From positions 320,001-384,000 of the forward strand of contig JAWLHY010000007.1 of the NCBI GenBank assembly GCA_041690135.1: a stretch of DNA of 64,000 nt. The letters run 5' to 3'. The position numbers and the translations under genes were made by a program. The notes beneath the pieces were generated by a model, which was given only the letters and a program-made list of their open reading frames with translations, searched no databases and was not told where the DNA came from. Shown here piece by piece: positions 28,453 to 37,888 of this stretch. This DNA comes from Armatimonadota bacterium (lineage in GTDB: Bacteria; Armatimonadota; SYMT01). Each line of letters begins with the position of its first letter. The stretch's first letter is position 1.

Positions 28453-31400
28453 CTACGGTCGCACGCGGATCTCATTCCCTACTGGGGACCGCACGTTCAG
28501 CAGCACTCCGCCGACCTGCACGGCCTGACCGTTGTCGACGTAGGTGAGCACGAGGCGGTCCTTGCGCACCCCGGGCTGGCCCAGGTCCGCGGCTTCCAGC
28601 CGGAATGGCACTTCCACGCCGGTGCGGATGCGGAGCGTTCCGAACAGTGAAGCGGTCTTGCCGTTCACTCGCATCGCCGTCAGCCGGGTCGCGGTGGCAG
28701 TGTAGCCCAGGTCCGGAATCCGTAGGGAGAACGAGCCGTAAGGTACCCGCTTGCCTCTTCGGAGGATGTTGACGACGTTCAGCCGGAACGTGGAGAAGAC
28801 CGGCAGACCGCCGTTCAACTCGCTGGCGTCCACCGTGCCGCTGCCGATCACCGTGCCCCGGTCGGTGGAACTGTCCGGGAAGGTGGTGGTGAGCGCAGCC
28901 GTGTGGCTGACGAGACCCAGCATGGCGCGGATCGTGGCGGCCTGTTGGCCGACGATCGGCAGCGTTTCGACCGGGAAAGTCGCCGTCGTCTGCCCGCCCG
29001 GCACCAGGACAGTGGCGGGCACGGAGACCACGTTGGGGCTCAGGCTCTCCAACTCGACCACGGTGCCGTGGGTCGGCGCGGGGCCGTTCAAAGTCACCGT
29101 GCCCTGGCCGGTGCTGCCGGCTTCCACCGTGGTGGGCGCAATGCTCACGCCCACCAGGGACACGGGGTACCCTTCGAACCGGGCCGCCCGCAGCGCCTGG
29201 GTGGTGAGGCCGGAGGTGGCTACCAGCGACACTCCGGGACCATCGACGAGCAGGTCGACCACGTAGAACGGACCGTCCACCGCGTTCTGACCGATCGTGA
29301 GGCCGTTGAAGTTGAACGTGAGGGTGTGGAGTCCGCTGGAGAAATAATCGTCTCCTGCCACAAAGCCCAGTTCGTGCCCGGTCCGGTCGATCAGGCGGCC
29401 GCTGTAGCTGTAGTAGCCGCTGAGCTGGAGGTCCAGTTCCAGCTCGGTTTCCAGCAGGTCGAAGAGCCCGTTGGCATTGGTGTCTACGCCTCGCGAGGCG
29501 CCGGCGCCCGTCAGGGCGATCGCGTCGTGCTGGAACACGCGGAAGTTGTATCCGGCGGTGTCGTAGGCGTTCTGCGCGTAGTCCACCGGCAGGACATCGG
29601 TGTCCGTCACCTCGGCCAGGGCAAGGCTGGCGAGGCGGTAGGGACCGCTCACCCGGCCGTCGTAGAGGTCCTCTCCCGAGAACTCCAGATCGAGGGTGGC
29701 CGCTCCGGGATTCAGCTCCGCTTCCACCGTCGCCTCATGCGAGTGGCCCTGGCCATCCTTCAGGATGCCGCGCAGCCGGTAGGTGGTGGTGTCGGTAACG
29801 TTCACCCCCACCCGGACTCGCAGCACGTTGAAGAGGAGGTCGGGGTCGCTGTCGTCCAGACCGCTGTCCTGATAGCTGCCGGAGAAGCTGGTGGCGCTGC
29901 GGCTCACCGTGGCCAGGGCATAGGCGGAGCGGCTGAAGGGGGCGCCGGCGCCGGTCAGGCCCGTCGCCGTGACCACGAGCGGGTAGTTGCCGGGCTGCAC
30001 GGTGGTATCGAAATCGCCGGAGTAGATGCCGTCGTTGGCCTGCCCGTCCCCATTGATTCCGTCGTCGTGCAGCGCCACCGGGATCGTCGTCTGATCCGGA
30101 AGCGTTACCTGCGCGCTCACGGTCGCTCCCGGGAGGGCGGCTCCGCCTTCGCTCAGCACAGCCCGGAGCTGCAGCGTCTCCCCCCGGCGGACGGAAAGAC
30201 GCTCGGCGCCGGCCGCAAGCGACAGAGTCGAGCCGCTGATCCAACCATTCACCGCGTAGTGGGTGGCGCCACTCGGGTCCGTTACCTGCGGCGCGCGGAC
30301 TTCCACGGTCCACAGGCCCACCTGCGGGGCTGCGAAGCGGAACACCTCGAACTTCGCGCCGGAAAGGTCGCCTTCCGATACGGAGATGTTCGGATTCCCG
30401 CCGATGTTGGTCCGGTCGAACCGCTGCCCCGAGGGAGAGACCAGCGTCAGGTCCAGGTTACCGGAGGGGTAGAGCACGGAGAAGTAGGCGGGGGCGCTGC
30501 GGTCCACGGGCAGGGTGTGGGTCCGCACCTGTCCCTGCTGGATCGCGCCGGTGGCGGTTGCCGTCTGGCCGAGGCCCGCCGCGGGTGCCAGCGCCTGCCG
30601 GCCGACGCGAATGCCGGAGCCGGACGGTGCCTGGCTGCCGGTGCTCCGGAGCCGGTCGAGCACCAGCGCGAACACCCGGGCGGAGTTGGTCTGGGCGATG
30701 TTTCCGCTTCCGGACGTCAGCACGGCGTGCCGGGCGTCCAGGTCGCTGCCGATGGTGGCCACGACCGGCTTCTCCGCGTAGGAGAGCGCGTGGGCGGAGC
30801 TCACGGGCACGATGCCGTCGTTGGCGAGTTGGCCGCTCTGGCCGGTGATCTCCGCGACGAAGGCGTCTTCCTTGAAGACCGGGCTCTGGTAGTTGCCCGC
30901 CAAGCTGACATAGGTCACATTGCGGTTGCGGCCGTGGAACTCGTTCCAGAGGTTCATGTAGGCCGTGGTCTGGTAAGCACCGCCGCGCCCGGCGAGCCCG
31001 CTAAGGGCCTGCCGGATATCCGGGGGAAGCTGCAGGGTGGCGCTCTGGATGGCGTCCGCCAGCGGCGTGCCGGCGTTGGCTGTTCCGATCTGGATCAGCC
31101 GGTCGATGTCGGCCGAGCCCTCCGCGAGCTTGCGGGCGTCAACCCCGCCGCGATCGTGACCGATCAGGGTGACCTGGTCCACACCCAGCCGCGCCCGCAG
31201 GTCATCGACACGGGTTCCGAGGGTCCGGGCGTTTTCCGTGTAGGAACGGGTGCTGGGCAGGTTGACGAGGAGCGGCTCCGGCAGGCCCGCCTGCTGGAGC
31301 GCCGTGCTCCAGTTGATACCGGAGGGGCTCTGCCAGATGGGAGGACCCCCGAACGAGCCGTGGACCAGCACCGTCGGTCGCGCGGCCTCGATGCTCAGGG

Positions 31401-32079
31401 CTGCCCAGTCGATCGCCATGCACCAGCTCTCACTGGCATTGGCCACATCGATGTCGATGCGGATCGTGTTGATCCCGGGGGTAGGGGCACCTCCGGGATT
31501 AGGCGTGGCGAAGTTGACCCACTCGATCGGTACTTGAAATCCGTTGAGCTTCCAGACGCTGTCGTCGCCCGTGAGGTACTCGGTGGGGACGATATGCCCG
31601 TTGAACGACACACGGTCGCGTTCCGGCTGCGTTCCGAAGCCGCCTCCGTAGAAGTCGATGTCGTACGCCGGCATCCGCAGGGTGGCGAACTGGCCGATGA
31701 GGCCGTTCTGCTTGAGACGAGCCACGTCTCCCACCACCCGCGTCACTTCGATGTTGAAATAGAGGGGCCCATCCGAGCGATAGGAACAGCCGGTATCGAG
31801 ACCCGGCGCCCGGTCCACCACGAAGGTGGTGTCCGTGCCCTTGGGTGGATCGAAGGGCGAGGAGCCGTAATGGCCGGCACTGTTAACGAAAAGCTGGCGG
31901 CCGCCGCACGGCTGGTGGCGGTCACCGATAGGTTTCGGGTCGGCGGCGCGTCCGGGCCGGCCGGCCAGGGAGAGCAGCACGAGCGTTCCGGTGACCAGGC
32001 TGACGACCCCGCGCCAACTGATGGGGGACGGGGTGCGGGACGCAGGCGACAACGGTTCTGTTGATGGGATCTGCTTCAC
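28453..32079 (-). CDS. Large secreted protein: lipase-type alpha/beta hydrolase, choice-of-anchor-X-like and Ig-like domains
   Basis: Signal peptide; VLVHG, LIGHDRGG, IGTANAGTPLA, NDGIVP; LHDDGINGDGQANDGIYSG. Confidence 0.8.
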   Translation of the reverse strand: MKQIPSTEPLSPASRTPSPISWRGVVSLVTGTLVLLSLAGRPGRAADPKPIGDRHQPCGGRQLFVNSAGHYGSSPFDPPKGTDTTFVVDRAPGLDTGCSYRSDGPLYFNIEVTRVVGDVARLKQNGLIGQFATLRMPAYDIDFYGGGFGTQPERDRVSFNGHIVPTEYLTGDDSVWKLNGFQVPIEWVNFATPNPGGAPTPGINTIRIDIDVANASESWCMAIDWAALSIEAARPTVLVHGSFGGPPIWQSPSGINWSTALQQAGLPEPLLVNLPSTRSYTENARTLGTRVDDLRARLGVDQVTLIGHDRGGVDARKLAEGSADIDRLIQIGTANAGTPLADAIQSATLQLPPDIRQALSGLAGRGGAYQTTAYMNLWNEFHGRNRNVTYVSLAGNYQSPVFKEDAFVAEITGQSGQLANDGIVPVSSAHALSYAEKPVVATIGSDLDARHAVLTSGSGNIAQTNSARVFALVLDRLRSTGSQAPSGSGIRVGRQALAPAAGLGQTATATGAIQQGQVRTHTLPVDRSAPAYFSVLYPSGNLDLTLVSPSGQRFDRTNIGGNPNISVSEGDLSGAKFEVFRFAAPQVGLWTVEVRAPQVTDPSGATHYAVNGWISGSTLSLAAGAERLSVRRGETLQLRAVLSEGGAALPGATVSAQVTLPDQTTIPVALHDDGINGDGQANDGIYSGDFDTTVQPGNYPLVVTATGLTGAGAPFSRSAYALATVSRSATSFSGSYQDSGLDDSDPDLLFNVLRVRVGVNVTDTTTYRLRGILKDGQGHSHEATVEAELNPGAATLDLEFSGEDLYDGRVSGPYRLASLALAEVTDTDVLPVDYAQNAYDTAGYNFRVFQHDAIALTGAGASRGVDTNANGLFDLLETELELDLQLSGYYSYSGRLIDRTGHELGFVAGDDYFSSGLHTLTFNFNGLTIGQNAVDGPFYVVDLLVDGPGVSLVATSGLTTQALRAARFEGYPVSLVGVSIAPTTVEAGSTGQGTVTLNGPAPTHGTVVELESLSPNVVSVPATVLVPGGQTTATFPVETLPIVGQQAATIRAMLGLVSHTAALTTTFPDSSTDRGTVIGSGTVDASELNGGLPVFSTFRLNVVNILRRGKRVPYGSFSLRIPDLGYTATATRLTAMRVNGKTASLFGTLRIRTGVEVPFRLEAADLGQPGVRKDRLVLTYVDNGQAVQVGGVLLNVRSPVGNEIRVRP

Positions 32080-32370
32080 TTACTTACCTCTTTCCGCAGA
32101 GCGTGCGGATTGGCGTTACCGCAGGAAAATGCAGGGGGTGCAGCTTGTGTGGCGGCGCTGATTGATTGTTTTTATGTTAAGCGGTCGGTTAGGGGCCAGG
32201 GATCAGTGTAACCGCGGGACGTTCCCCCGAAACCGTCGCATGTCACACCGCACGCGCGAAGCAGTTCACGCCGGGGGCGTGATCGGTTTAACTGCACGGG
32301 GCTCCAAGTCTATTTGTTCAAGTGGAGCGCCGGTGAGGGGCTCCGGACGACGGATGGGCGGGCGGGTCGC

Positions 32371-33039
32371 ATGGAAGCGGTTGCGGAAAATCAGGGGAGC
32401 GTGGTGGGAGCGGAGCGCCAGCCGGCGTTCCGTCCCCAGGTAGTCGTTACCCTCTCGCTGCTGACGGTGGCGCGGGGACAGCTAAAGGTGTTGGTCCTGC
32501 CGGGCGGATCGGCATCTTGCACTTTGCCGGCGTGCGTGCCGCGTCCCGCGCAGTCTCTCGACGATACGGCGCGGGAAGAGGCGCGGCGTTTAGCGGGAGG
32601 GCGCAATCACTGCGTGGAGCAGTTGTTCACCGCCTCGGTGGCGAATGCCGACTTGGTGGGTCCCCTGGTGGAGGTCAGCTATCTCGGCCTGGTGGCGGAG
32701 GAGTGCGGCTATCCAGCCGCCGGAGTCGATCCGTCCGGCCCGGCCTGGTGGCCGGTGGCGACGTTGCCGGCGCTTCGCTCCCACCACATGGAGGTGGTCC
32801 GCACGGCCCACCAGCGGCTCCGTAATCTCCTGGTGGAAAGCCCCGTGGCCGCTCATCTCCTACCGGCGGAGTTCACCCTGTCCGACCTCCAGCAGCTTTA
32901 TGAAACGGTTCAGGACCGCGTGCTGGACAAGCGCAACTTCCGGAAGTGGATTCTGGCGAGCGGGTTTGTGGAGCCCACGGATCATGAACGGCGGGACGGG
33001 GCGCATCGCCCGGCCCGCCTCTACCGTTTTGCCCGCTGA
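32371..33039 (+). CDS. NrtR-family Nudix-related transcriptional regulator
   Basis: Degenerate Nudix domain plus LLPAEFTLSDLQQLYETV..LDKRNFRK...HRPARLYRF wHTH. Confidence 0.88.
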   Translation: MEAVAENQGSVVGAERQPAFRPQVVVTLSLLTVARGQLKVLVLPGGSASCTLPACVPRPAQSLDDTAREEARRLAGGRNHCVEQLFTASVANADLVGPLVEVSYLGLVAEECGYPAAGVDPSGPAWWPVATLPALRSHHMEVVRTAHQRLRNLLVESPVAAHLLPAEFTLSDLQQLYETVQDRVLDKRNFRKWILASGFVEPTDHERRDGAHRPARLYRFAR

Positions 33040-34014
33040 TCAACCACGCTCGAGCATCCGGATTCGGCAGTACTCCCCAAAGCCGAGGCGCCGGTAGAGG
33101 CCGCGGCCCATCTCCGTCGACTGGACGATGGCCCGCGTGCAGCCCTGGGCGCGGGCCGTTTCCAACGCGGCGGCTGTGATGTGCCTCCCGATACCCCGGC
33201 GTCGCGCCTCGGGTAGGGTCGTAACACAGTAAATCCCCGCCACCTCTCCGGTCTCCTGGGGAAGCCAGGGCGGCTCTGTGCTCGCCAGATGTCGGTCCGT
33301 AGCCCCGGAGGGGCGGCTGGAGACGGGTGCCCGCGAGCGGGCGGGGGGGTGTGAACCCCCGGACCTGGTGCTCTCGTGGAACAGCCCCGGCGCATGCGTC
33401 CGTATGGAAGGGGCGACAGAGCCGTGCCCCGTTAAAAAAGCTGAACCGCTCTTCTGAAGCAGCGCCGTGGCCACGGGAGCCGCATCCTGGTGGGCCAGCA
33501 GGAGCGTGAACGGCAACTCCGCCCCCTCCCAGGCCCGCAGCAGCAGCTCACCCACCTGGCCCGAGGCGCCGAAGCCGCGCTGGAAGACCCGGACCCACTG
33601 CCGGAGCGCCTCGGGTTCGCGGACCACGCTCACGCGTACCCGCTCTGGTGGGGAGGGGGAGGGGGAGGTCGCGGTTAGCTCCATCGCCATTCCCCGCCAG
33701 CCACTCGCCCCGCTCCAGCCGCTGCCCAGCAGGTGGTGCGCCAGATGCTCCGGTCGCGACGACGGCGTTATCCACCAGCACGCGGGCACCGAAAGCGCGG
33801 CAAAGCGGGAGGTGACTTCCGCCACCGCCGCCGCCAATCCCTCTGCGGGCAGGCGGCTACGCAGCACCAGGTTGAACATCCCCACCGGTACCTCGGCGAC
33901 CAGTTGGGTGACTTCCGGCGAGTGGTAGACTCGCGTCTCCGGCAGGCGGCAGAAGTTGAACAGGAACCGCTCGAGGTTCCCCTCGATGGCGGCTACGGCT
34001 TCCGCTGCCTCCAC
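33040..34014 (-). CDS. GNAT acetyltransferase with an in-frame ~65-aa insertion
   Basis: VAGIYCVTTLPEARRRGIG...GLYRRLGF; non-GNAT insert at 33250-33456. Confidence 0.85.
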   Translation of the reverse strand: MEAAEAVAAIEGNLERFLFNFCRLPETRVYHSPEVTQLVAEVPVGMFNLVLRSRLPAEGLAAAVAEVTSRFAALSVPACWWITPSSRPEHLAHHLLGSGWSGASGWRGMAMELTATSPSPSPPERVRVSVVREPEALRQWVRVFQRGFGASGQVGELLLRAWEGAELPFTLLLAHQDAAPVATALLQKSGSAFLTGHGSVAPSIRTHAPGLFHESTRSGGSHPPARSRAPVSSRPSGATDRHLASTEPPWLPQETGEVAGIYCVTTLPEARRRGIGRHITAAALETARAQGCTRAIVQSTEMGRGLYRRLGFGEYCRIRMLERG

Positions 34015-34018
34015 CGGA

Positions 34019-35776
34019 CTACTTGAGCTCCAGCATCTCGACGGCCGCCAGCAGGCACATCGCGCCGCCCCGGTCGTCGAGGCCGAAGGTCGCCGGCCGC
34101 TCGTGATAGTGGCGAACGGTGGGGCCCGCGCCCGTGCCGGAGCAGACGTCGATCAGCGAGCCGTCTTCCGCGATCCGGGGCAGCAGGCCTCGCCATGCCT
34201 TCTGCACCACCGGCCGGTAAGACGCATCCAGCCATCCCAGGCGCACTCCGCGCGCCATCGCCGCCAGGTTCATCGCCGTGGCGGTGACTTCGCGGTAGCT
34301 CTCCGGGTGGTCGATCACCTGCCGCCAGGTGCCTTCCGGCGTCAACTGCCCTTTCAGCGCGGCCATTTGCTTGCGGTAGGACGAGAGGATCCCCGTCCGC
34401 TGGGGATGATCGGCCGGCAGGTAAGTGAGCCCCTCCATCAGCCCGAGGGAGGCGAACCCGTTCCCGCGACCCCAGCAGTGAGGCGCGTCCGGAGCGTGGA
34501 CGAACAGGCCGTCCGGGCGCTGCAGCTTCTCGGCGTAGAGGGTGAGGGTGCGGGCCATCAGGTCCAGGTAGCTGCTGTCGCCGGAGAGCTTCGCCGCCCG
34601 CCCGAGCAGGGTGGCGGTCATGAACATGTCGTCGGTCCAGTACCGCCCGAACTGCGCGGGATCTCCCGCCTTCTCCGGCTTGTAGAGGGCCGCGCCCTCC
34701 AGCGCCAGCTTCTTGGCGGCCTCGTTCCCGTCGAGCTCCGCCAGGTCCGCGAAGATGAGATGCCCCGCCAGCTTCGCCACGTCCGGCCGGCCGTCGAGCG
34801 CCGGTTTCGCGCCGGAAAGGTAGACGCCGACCGCCTCCCGGACGCGGTCGTTCCACTGCGGGTTATTAGTCAGTCGGGCGAGGCGCAGCTGGCTGCTCCA
34901 GGTCACTGCGGGGATGTAAAGGACCGAGGGCTTCTGCGGGTACTTCGGGGCCAGCAGCGCGGCGATCTCCGCGGGCGTGCGGCTCAGCCGGCGCAGCACG
35001 GCCTGGCGCATGGGAGAGCGGGGCAGGTTGGCCGCCGCATCGAGCAGTGCCTCCAGGTGCTTCGGACCGTCCGTGCCCCGGGCGTCCACGGTGAGGGTGG
35101 GGACCGTCCCCAGTCCGGAAGGGGTGCCGCGGCTAAGCGCCATCGCCAGCGTATCCGGGCTTACCAGCGGCAGCGCCTTCACCGATTGCCCCAGCGAAGC
35201 GTAGGCCGGGGGAACGCGCCAGGTGGTGCGGGTGCCCCCGTTCACGATCAGCACCAGGTCGGGCGCCTGGAACGCCAGCCACCGCCAGAGGTAGCGGCCC
35301 TCCACATTCTTCCGGTCGTTGAAGTAGCCGTCCTCTGGCGGGTATCCCACGGTCGGTTTGCCGAAGGTGTCGTTGGTCGGCTTGAGGTCGCGCAGTCCTT
35401 CCGGGTTGCCGCAGGGAATCGCCGTAACGCTCCACGCCTGCCGGAGGGCGGCCGGCGCCTGGGTCTTGAACCAGCGCAGCGCGCCCAGCGCCGCCTCGAC
35501 ACCGCGATCGTCCCCATCGAGCCCGCCGATGATCACCAGCCGGCGTTTGGTGCTCTCCGGAGCTTCGCGGCTTTCCAGGCTGCGGAGGGGGAGGTTCTTG
35601 GTGGAAACTCCCGCACTCAAGAGGACGGAGGGCTCGCCCGGCAGCTTCGCGAGAGCTTGTATATCCGTGTCCAGCTTGGCCAGTGGGCTCGTTCCTTGCG
35701 TGCTTCCGGGCCGCCCGGCGGCGGCGCAAACCACGGCCGCTCCGGCAGCCAGAATCGCTCTCCAGTCCATCCTCAT
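34019..35776 (-). CDS. Secreted fusion of a degenerate M14-peptidase-like domain and a GH105/GH88 glycoside hydrolase
   Basis: RLVIIGGLDGDD, IPCGNPEG (M14-like); YWTDDMFM, WGRGNGF, EVTATAM (GH105). Confidence 0.8.
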   Translation of the reverse strand: MRMDWRAILAAGAAVVCAAAGRPGSTQGTSPLAKLDTDIQALAKLPGEPSVLLSAGVSTKNLPLRSLESREAPESTKRRLVIIGGLDGDDRGVEAALGALRWFKTQAPAALRQAWSVTAIPCGNPEGLRDLKPTNDTFGKPTVGYPPEDGYFNDRKNVEGRYLWRWLAFQAPDLVLIVNGGTRTTWRVPPAYASLGQSVKALPLVSPDTLAMALSRGTPSGLGTVPTLTVDARGTDGPKHLEALLDAAANLPRSPMRQAVLRRLSRTPAEIAALLAPKYPQKPSVLYIPAVTWSSQLRLARLTNNPQWNDRVREAVGVYLSGAKPALDGRPDVAKLAGHLIFADLAELDGNEAAKKLALEGAALYKPEKAGDPAQFGRYWTDDMFMTATLLGRAAKLSGDSSYLDLMARTLTLYAEKLQRPDGLFVHAPDAPHCWGRGNGFASLGLMEGLTYLPADHPQRTGILSSYRKQMAALKGQLTPEGTWRQVIDHPESYREVTATAMNLAAMARGVRLGWLDASYRPVVQKAWRGLLPRIAEDGSLIDVCSGTGAGPTVRHYHERPATFGLDDRGGAMCLLAAVEMLELK

Positions 35777-35877
35777 GCGCTTCTCTCGTCCGTTCCGTGC
35801 ACCCGATCGTGTAAAAATAAGCTGTCCGTTCCCGATTATCGGCCCCAGGCCCCCATACATTGACCAGGAAGGCTGCT

Positions 35878-36642
35878 ATGCTCCTCCCCAACCCCGCCGG
35901 CAACTACCACTTCCTCTCCGGGATCGAGCCCTACTCCAGCGGGGTGGTGGCCGACCCCGGTTTCGAGATCATCCATGTCACCCTGGCGCGCCCCTGCCCC
36001 TGGCAGGAGGGGTTCGACCGGATCGAGGCGGTTTTGAAAGAGGCCGGACGCCCGCGGGCGGCGCTCTGCGGGATCGAGTTGCGCTCCCCCGCGCCCTTCA
36101 CGCGAGCAGGCTTCATCGAGTTCAACCAGGGCTACTGCCGGGTGATTGAGGCGTGGGAGCTGCTGGTCGACGGCCGGAACCCGGTGGCCCGGACGAACGT
36201 GGCGCCGCAGTGGGCCGCTCCCGCCGAGCCGTCGCTCTACGGCTTCTCTTATACCATGCCTCTGGCGGCTCCCGCCGTGTCCGCCGCACCCACCTTTGTG
36301 GTGGCCGGGGGCGGCGACCTCCGCGGCGGACCCCTGATGGAAGCGCAGGTGGTCCGTCCCGGCGAGACCTCCGAGGACGCCCTGCGCGAGAAGGCCGCCT
36401 ACGTGATGCACGTGATGGAGAAACGCCTCACCGGCCTCGGACGCACCTGGGCGGACGCGACCGCCATCGACATCTACACCCCCCACGCTCTCCCATCGGT
36501 CCTCGGTCCGGTGATCCTGGACCCCGCCGGCCCCGCCGCCATCCACGGGGTCCGCTGGTTCCCCTCCCGCCCCCCGATCGATGAACTGGAATACGAAATG
36601 GACGTGCGGGGTGTACGAACCGAGCTCGTACTCATGGGTTAG
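35878..36642 (+). CDS. CnbZ-like (2-amino-5-chloromuconate deaminase/RidA-fold) protein
   Basis: GNYHFLSGIEPYSSGVVADPGFEI, CGIELRSPAPFT, NPVARTNVAP, RPPIDELEYEMDVRGV. Confidence 0.75.
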   Translation: MLLPNPAGNYHFLSGIEPYSSGVVADPGFEIIHVTLARPCPWQEGFDRIEAVLKEAGRPRAALCGIELRSPAPFTRAGFIEFNQGYCRVIEAWELLVDGRNPVARTNVAPQWAAPAEPSLYGFSYTMPLAAPAVSAAPTFVVAGGGDLRGGPLMEAQVVRPGETSEDALREKAAYVMHVMEKRLTGLGRTWADATAIDIYTPHALPSVLGPVILDPAGPAAIHGVRWFPSRPPIDELEYEMDVRGVRTELVLMG

Positions 36643-36727
36643 CTCATAGGTGTTGGCGGGGTGCGAGTTCTCGACACAGACGGACACGAGAGGGGGCAAG
36701 AAGGGACACAGACTCCGACGGGAGTTT

Positions 36728-37215
36728 GACACGGAAGACACGGATACGACGGAAGGGCACGGAGGGTACGGAAGGGTGGGGAACGTACCGCGAAGCGCGT
36801 GGCGAGCCCTGGATGAACGGAAATGTAGGGGCAGCCGTACACCCGGCAGAGCTAGGGCTGCGCTTGCCCTCTTCTCGACTGGATGAGCGCCGGCAAAAGA
36901 GCACTGGCACCAGCGAACCCGGGGCCCGTAGCTCGGGCGCTGCGCGGGCTAACGCGAAAACGCGAAAAGACGAAAGACGCGAAAAGGGCGGGCACGCTGG
37001 GCGCGCTCGGTAGCCTATCAGGTGTTCAAACCGCGGCTTTGGTGGGGGGGAGGGTGACTGTAGGGGAATGGTCGCAGCCCCTTCCCCAGGTCATCGCTAC
37101 CGCACCCGTCCGCCAACCGTGATCCCGCCATCGGTCCGGACGCAATTCCGTGCGGTTATCATCCCTGTCCCGATCCCACCGCCCATCGACCGGGTTTACT
37201 TTCATCCTTCATCCC
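36728..37215. repeat. Left composite repeat block (four short modules)
   Basis: GACACGGAAGACACGGAT, GTACACCCGGCAGAGCTAGGG (36837-36857), GGGCGCTGCGCGGGCTAACGCGAAAACGCGAAAAG (36935-36990), TTCATCCTTCATCC; all recur inverted at 56245-56640. Confidence 0.75.
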
Positions 37216-37326
37216 CCTACGGGCCGAATGGCTTTCGCCTTCAACCCCTGGTCCCCGCAGTGCTGCCACTTTCAACCCCTGGCCGCCGGGGGGCTTCAAC
37301 CTTCAACCCTTGGCCCCCGAGGGGGG

Positions 37327-37389
37327 CTTCAACTTTCAACTTTCAACTTTCAACTTTCAACTTTCAACTTTCAACTTTCAACTTTCAAC
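37327..37389 (+). repeat. Heptamer tandem repeat (TTTCAAC)8 plus one CTTCAAC
   Basis: Counted directly; partial TTCAACC units also occur upstream. Confidence 0.95.
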
Positions 37390-37402
37390 AGAAACTCCCA
37401 TC

Positions 37403-37888
37403 CTAACCATCCTGTTCATCCTGTTCCTTCGTCCCCTCCAACCGCGGCACAACCTCCGCCTCCCAATAACTCCGCTTCCCGATCCGCGACCGATCCACGT
37501 CCGGCAGCGACGTCCAGGCCCGCGACCGCTCCCGGCTGGCCGCCACGTCGAAGCCGGGGTAGTCGTCCGCCACGAAGAGCCACTTGTGGTGGTAGATCCA
37601 GGGATCGGCCGGCTGCGACCGGAAGACGGCGCGGCCGTCGGGGTGGACCGTCCACAGGTCGCCGACCACCGGCTCCGGGGCGGTGTCCCAGTCCGGGCTG
37701 CGGATAAAGGTGACTGCCCCGGTCCGGTGGTTCAGCTTGACCACCGTACATTCGAATTCTTCCGGCAGGTGCCGGGCGGCCTCGGTTACTACAAGGCCGA
37801 GCCGGTCCGCATAGAGACGGTGGACGTAGACCGAGCCGCCGATCTCCTTGCCGACGCCGTATTTCGGGGAGCGCTTCTGTTCGGGCAT
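37403..37888 (-). CDS. Stand-alone homolog of the C-terminal domain of the PT-associated methyltransferase
   Basis: VGKEIGGSVYVHR / VVKLNHRTGAVTFIRSPDWDTAPEP / DPWIYHHKWLFVADDYPG aligns by eye with VGRLVDNALIVHR / VIKLHRFSGKVSYLVYPEFDTDPHP / DPFILYRKEALVPEEFPG of 39158-40744. Confidence 0.75.
   Translation of the reverse strand: MPEQKRSPKYGVGKEIGGSVYVHRLYADRLGLVVTEAARHLPEEFECTVVKLNHRTGAVTFIRSPDWDTAPEPVVGDLWTVHPDGRAVFRSQPADPWIYHHKWLFVADDYPGFDVAASRERSRAWTSLPDVDRSRIGKRSYWEAEVVPRLEGTKEQDEQDG

Noticed and set aside
28903-32064. 1053-aa plus-strand ORF and other long antisense ORFs (e.g. 3932-6100, 33956-35863, 61664-63307)
   Set aside because: Shadow frames of GC-rich genes on the opposite strand with no recognisable motifs
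32080-32370. Riboswitch or NrtR operator in the divergent intergenic region
   Set aside because: No recognisable aptamer consensus or convincing palindrome by eye
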